Shown here one piece after another: positions 60,175 to 64,000 of a stretch of DNA of 64,000 nt. Both the position numbers and the translations under genes were made by a program. The notes under the pieces were generated by a model, which had not been told where the DNA came from, searched no databases, and saw only the letters and a program-made list of their open reading frames with translations. The stretch covers positions 18,197,325 through 18,261,324 of the forward strand of contig NC_057751.1 in the NCBI RefSeq assembly GCF_004010195.1, read 5' to 3'. Source of the stretch: Chiloscyllium plagiosum. Taxonomy: Eukaryota. Within the stretch, counting starts at the first letter, position 1. Each line of letters starts with the position of its first letter.

Positions 60175-63100
60175 GTGTCTCCCGCCTGCTAATTTTATAC
60201 AAGTTCCTTTTTTGAGAGAGAGAGGACGGCGGTTTGCTGAGAGGTAAAGTTCACACTGAAATGCGACTTACCTCGAGAACCTATGCTCCATCTTTTTCTG
60301 GAGTTGCGAGGAAAGAAGACGGAGTAAGGAAAGACCAGGATCTGCCGGGAAGGTAAGCAAACCATTTGTAAAGCTGATATTTTTGACCAGCGGCTGAAAC
60401 CGAGACACTAGACATATAATGCCTCTTAACAGCCCTTCTCCTCTAACCAAAAAAAGTGACTGTATTCTGTTGATGAGGTAAGGATTTTCTACTTTTATAA
60501 ATATATCCTCTGATTGATAACTCTTTATTTTTGCTTTCAGTAAATTCTTAATATTGATAACACTTAAAATAAAAAGGGGCAGGAGATCTTAAAGCCGTGT
60601 TATGCTCATCTTGGTCAATGTGGGAGCTCAGGGACACAGCTGATGTCCCTCGCTCCTTCACTTGCAGTAAGTGTGTCCAGTCGAAGCTCTTTTAAAATCA
60701 CATGACAGGCCTGAACCTTTGAATGGACTCGCTATTTTGCATATGCGATGCTGAGAGGATCGTGGGGAGTACATTTAGTGAATTGGTAACTCTGCAGATT
60801 TGAATTACCTATCGAGAAAGGGATTGAGTGACTAAAAGATAGAGAAAGCGTAGGAAGTCATTGCATTTCGTGGCACCCTGGCTGGTTCTGCTGATCTGAA
60901 GGGCGGGCCAAAGAGTGGAAGGGGTATAGTCAGAGGGAATTCATTTGTAATGGGAGTAGCTAGGCGGTTCTGTGGTCGAAAATGAGACTCCTGAATGGTC
61001 TGTTGCTTCCCAGGTGCACGGGTCAGGGATTTCTTGGATCAGCTGCAGAAATTTCTCAATGAGGAGAGTGAAGAGCCATGTTTATTTGATACATGTAGAC
61101 ACCAATGATATCGGTAAAACAATTGGATGAGGTCCTACAAGCATAATTTAGGGAGTAATGAACCATCTATAAAAGGAGGACATTGGATGTTATAATCACA
61201 GGATTGCTACCAGTGCCACATGCTGGTCACAGTAGGAATGACAGAATAAGAAGGATTAGTGCGCGGCTTGAGAAATATTGTTGGAGGGGATTTCAGATTT
61301 TTGGGACATTGAGACCGATTCTGGGGGAACTGGGACTGTTACAAACGGGGAAGTTTACACTTGGGCCAGATTGGAATAAATGTCCTTGTCGGCGATTTTG
61401 TGAACGCGGTTGTGGAGGGTTTAAACTGATGTGGCATGGGTTTGGGATTCAAATGAGGAGGATAGTGGACCGGAATGACGCAGAAATGAAAGCCTGTAAG
61501 AATTATATAATCACGTCAGCGTGTCAAAGGGAAGAGTCGGCAGGGAGCAGATGATGAATGCAGAGGGAATGGCGGTCAGAGGTACATTTGTTTTAATGCA
61601 AATATATTAGGTAAGGCAGATGAACTTAGGACTTATGTGCATTATGTTATTATTATTACAGAGTTTTGGTTGAGGGAAAGGACTGTCTGTCAACTAAATA
61701 TCCTAGGATATCGATGCTTCAGGCGGGATATAGAGGAAGGTAAAAAGGGTGGAGGAGCTGCATTATTGCTCAAAGAAGATAGCACAGTTGTACTGAAGGA
61801 GGGCATGAGGGAAGACTGGAGCATTGAGGCAATATGGGCAGAGCTTAGAAGTAGGAAGCAAGCGGTAACAAATTTGGGGATGTGCTACAGGCCTCCCAAT
61901 GGCGAACCTGAGATAGAGGTACAAATATGAAAACATAATGGAACGATGCAGGACCAACAGGGTGATGGTAACAGGAGATTTTAATTTTCCCAAATATTGA
62001 CTGGGATTCACTTTGTTTTCAAGGTTTGGATGAATCAGAATGTGTAAGGGGTATCCAGGAGGGCTTTTCAGTGCAATACGTAAAGAATCCAACTCAGGAA
62101 GCCGCCATTTTGGACCTGGTGTTGGTAAGTGTGCTCGGCCAGGTGGTTGAAGTTTCAGTAGTAGATTACTTTGGGAATAGTGAGCACAATTCCATAGGTC
62201 TTAAAATACTAATAGACAAAGACAAAAGTGGTCTGAATGGAAGAGTGCTAATTTGATGGTGGGCCAACTGTACCGACATTAGGTGGGAGCTGGGGAACGC
62301 AGATTTGGAGCAGCTGTTTGTAGGTAAATGCACATTCGACATATGGGAAGCTTTTAAACAGAGGTTGATTAGTGTTCAGGAGAGATATGAAATGTGTAAA
62401 TGAGGGATGGAAATGGCCAGATTAAGGAACCATGGATGAGAGGTGAAAGAGTGAGATTAGCCAAAATGAAGAATGATGTTTACATAAAGCCGAGCCAATC
62501 GAAGACAGACGAAGTTTTGGAAAAAAAGGGAATGTTTTATCAATCTGAAACGAGGAATTAAGAGGGCTAAAAGGGGTCATGTGATATTCTTAGAAAACAT
62601 GATTAATGAAAGTCCCAAAGACTTCTATTCATATATAAGAAGCAAGATGGTAACTAGAGAAAGGGTTGGCCCACTCAAGGACAAAGGAGGAAAGCTATGC
62701 CTGGAGTCAGAGGATATGGGTGAGATTCTTAATGAGTACTTCGCATCTGTATTCACCAAGAAGAGGAACATGGCGGATGTTAAAGTGAGAGATAGACCAT
62801 TGATTACTCTGGGTCAAATCGACATAAGGAGGGAGGAAGTCTTAGGTATTCTAAAGGCATTAAGTTATCAAGTCCCCAGGTCCGGATGGGAAATATCCCA
62901 GGTTACAGAGGGAAGCGAGAGAGGAAGTAGCTGGGGTTTTAACGGATATCTATGCAGCATCCTTGAACACAGGACTGGAGGACTGGAGAGTTGCTAATGT
63001 TGTCTCCTTGGTTAAGAAAATTGGCAGGGATAATCCAGATAATTGCAGCCCTGTGAGCCTGGTAGGGAAGCTGCTGCAGAAGGTAGTGAGCGATAGGATA

Positions 63101-63445
63101 TGTTCCCAATTTGGAAGGAAATGGACTTATCAGTGATCAGCAACATGGTATTGTGCAGGGAAGGGCAAGTCTTACAAACATAATAGAATTATTTAAGGAG
63201 TTGATAAAATTGATTGATGGAGATAGGGATGCAGATGTCACATACATAGACTTTCATAAGGCTTTTTACGAGATGCCCCATGGTTGGCTAATGGGAAAGG
63301 TAAAATCAACTGGGCTCCATGGTGTTTAGCTCAAAGGATAGAGAACTGGCTGGGCAACAGGTGACAGAGAGTAGTAGTGGAAGTGAGTTTCTCAAAGTGG
63401 AGTCCTGTGACAAGTGGTGTTCCACAAGGATCCATGCAGGGACCA
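60175..63445 (+). mobile_element. CR1 LINE with 5' UTR, ORF1 (zinc finger + SGNH esterase) and ORF2 (EN, RT N-half), decayed and 3'-truncated
   Basis: ORF1 AVLCSSWSMWE..FTCSKCVQ (about 60594-60683), VCCFPGARVRD, HVDTNDIG and IITGLLPVP. ORF2 GYRCFRRD..GKKGGGAALLL, CYRPPN, GDFNFP, SEHN, DFYSYIRSK and QHGIVQGRASLTNIIELF. Confidence 0.92.
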
Positions 63446-64000
63446 CGTAAATGTGAGGACAATGCGTGACAGACGCATTCAGAAACGAATTATACTGTTT
63501 TGAAAATTATTTAACGAAAAATAAGCAATTTGTTTTAACCCCATCAGTCGTGAATATTTGGATTTAACCTTCTTAAGATATGGTGATTCCGGATTCCTTA
63601 ATTATTTTCAAGGTAAACGTGGATAAATTCTAGTCAAGCACATAGATTTGGGAACTTGGATTGGAGTTGCAATCAGATCAGCTACGTCTTGAATGAATTC
63701 CAAAGGAGTTTTTAAGATGTGAATGTGATACTCTGATCCTAATTCACGTATCTATAAATTCCAAGATTTACTTTGAAACATACATCTTGGGATCAAAGTA
63801 AAATTTAGCAGAATATTATATGTTCAAATTTAATTGCCTTTTTAATCTCTCCATGTGAAAAATGATTGACAACACAGAGAGTTTGTTTCATTTTCTCTCT
63901 GTTATGAGCATAACTTCAATTTGTATGCGTCTGTCAAATTTGATAACGTGTCTCTGCTTTTCAATTAGATACACTTTATGGAAATTGCAAAGGACAATGG

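Noticed and set aside
60394..60450. Ribozyme-like hairpin in the CR1 5' UTR (GAAACCGAGACACTA..TAATGCCTC)
   Set aside because: It is only an imperfect hairpin and could not be fitted to an HDV-like or hammerhead fold by eye.
1..64000. CRISPR array or prokaryotic defence system
   Set aside because: The sequence is vertebrate. No identical repeats with unique spacers and no operon-like gene organisation were seen.

Overview
Eukaryotic, repeat-dominated genomic DNA from a cartilaginous fish, most likely a shark (inferred from HE1-type V-SINEs and their partner CR1 LINEs). There is one assembly gap (12722-13294). Most of the window is decayed retroelements: many CR1 LINE copies, some nested in each other or in other elements; HE1-type and other tRNA-derived SINEs; two Penelope-like (RT + GIY-YIG) families; two Gmr1-type Gypsy remnants with integrase before RT; and a Rex1/Babar fragment. 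The host-gene content is a small cluster of GPR139/GPR142-like class A GPCRs. One is an apparently intact two-exon gene on the minus strand (exon 1 57842-57776, exon 2 53996-53125, 312 aa). The other two are plus-strand pseudogenes (about 2934-6142 and 35641-36031). The ORF track mis-starts the intact gene and misses or fragments the pseudogenes. The most notable non-coding signal is a set of Penelope-derived minimal type-I hammerhead-ribozyme motifs, including 99-bp and 168-bp units inserted into CR1 copies with perfect 13- and 14-bp target-site duplications. All calls were made by eye, with no database searches, and repeat boundaries are approximate unless a TSD or splice site is quoted.
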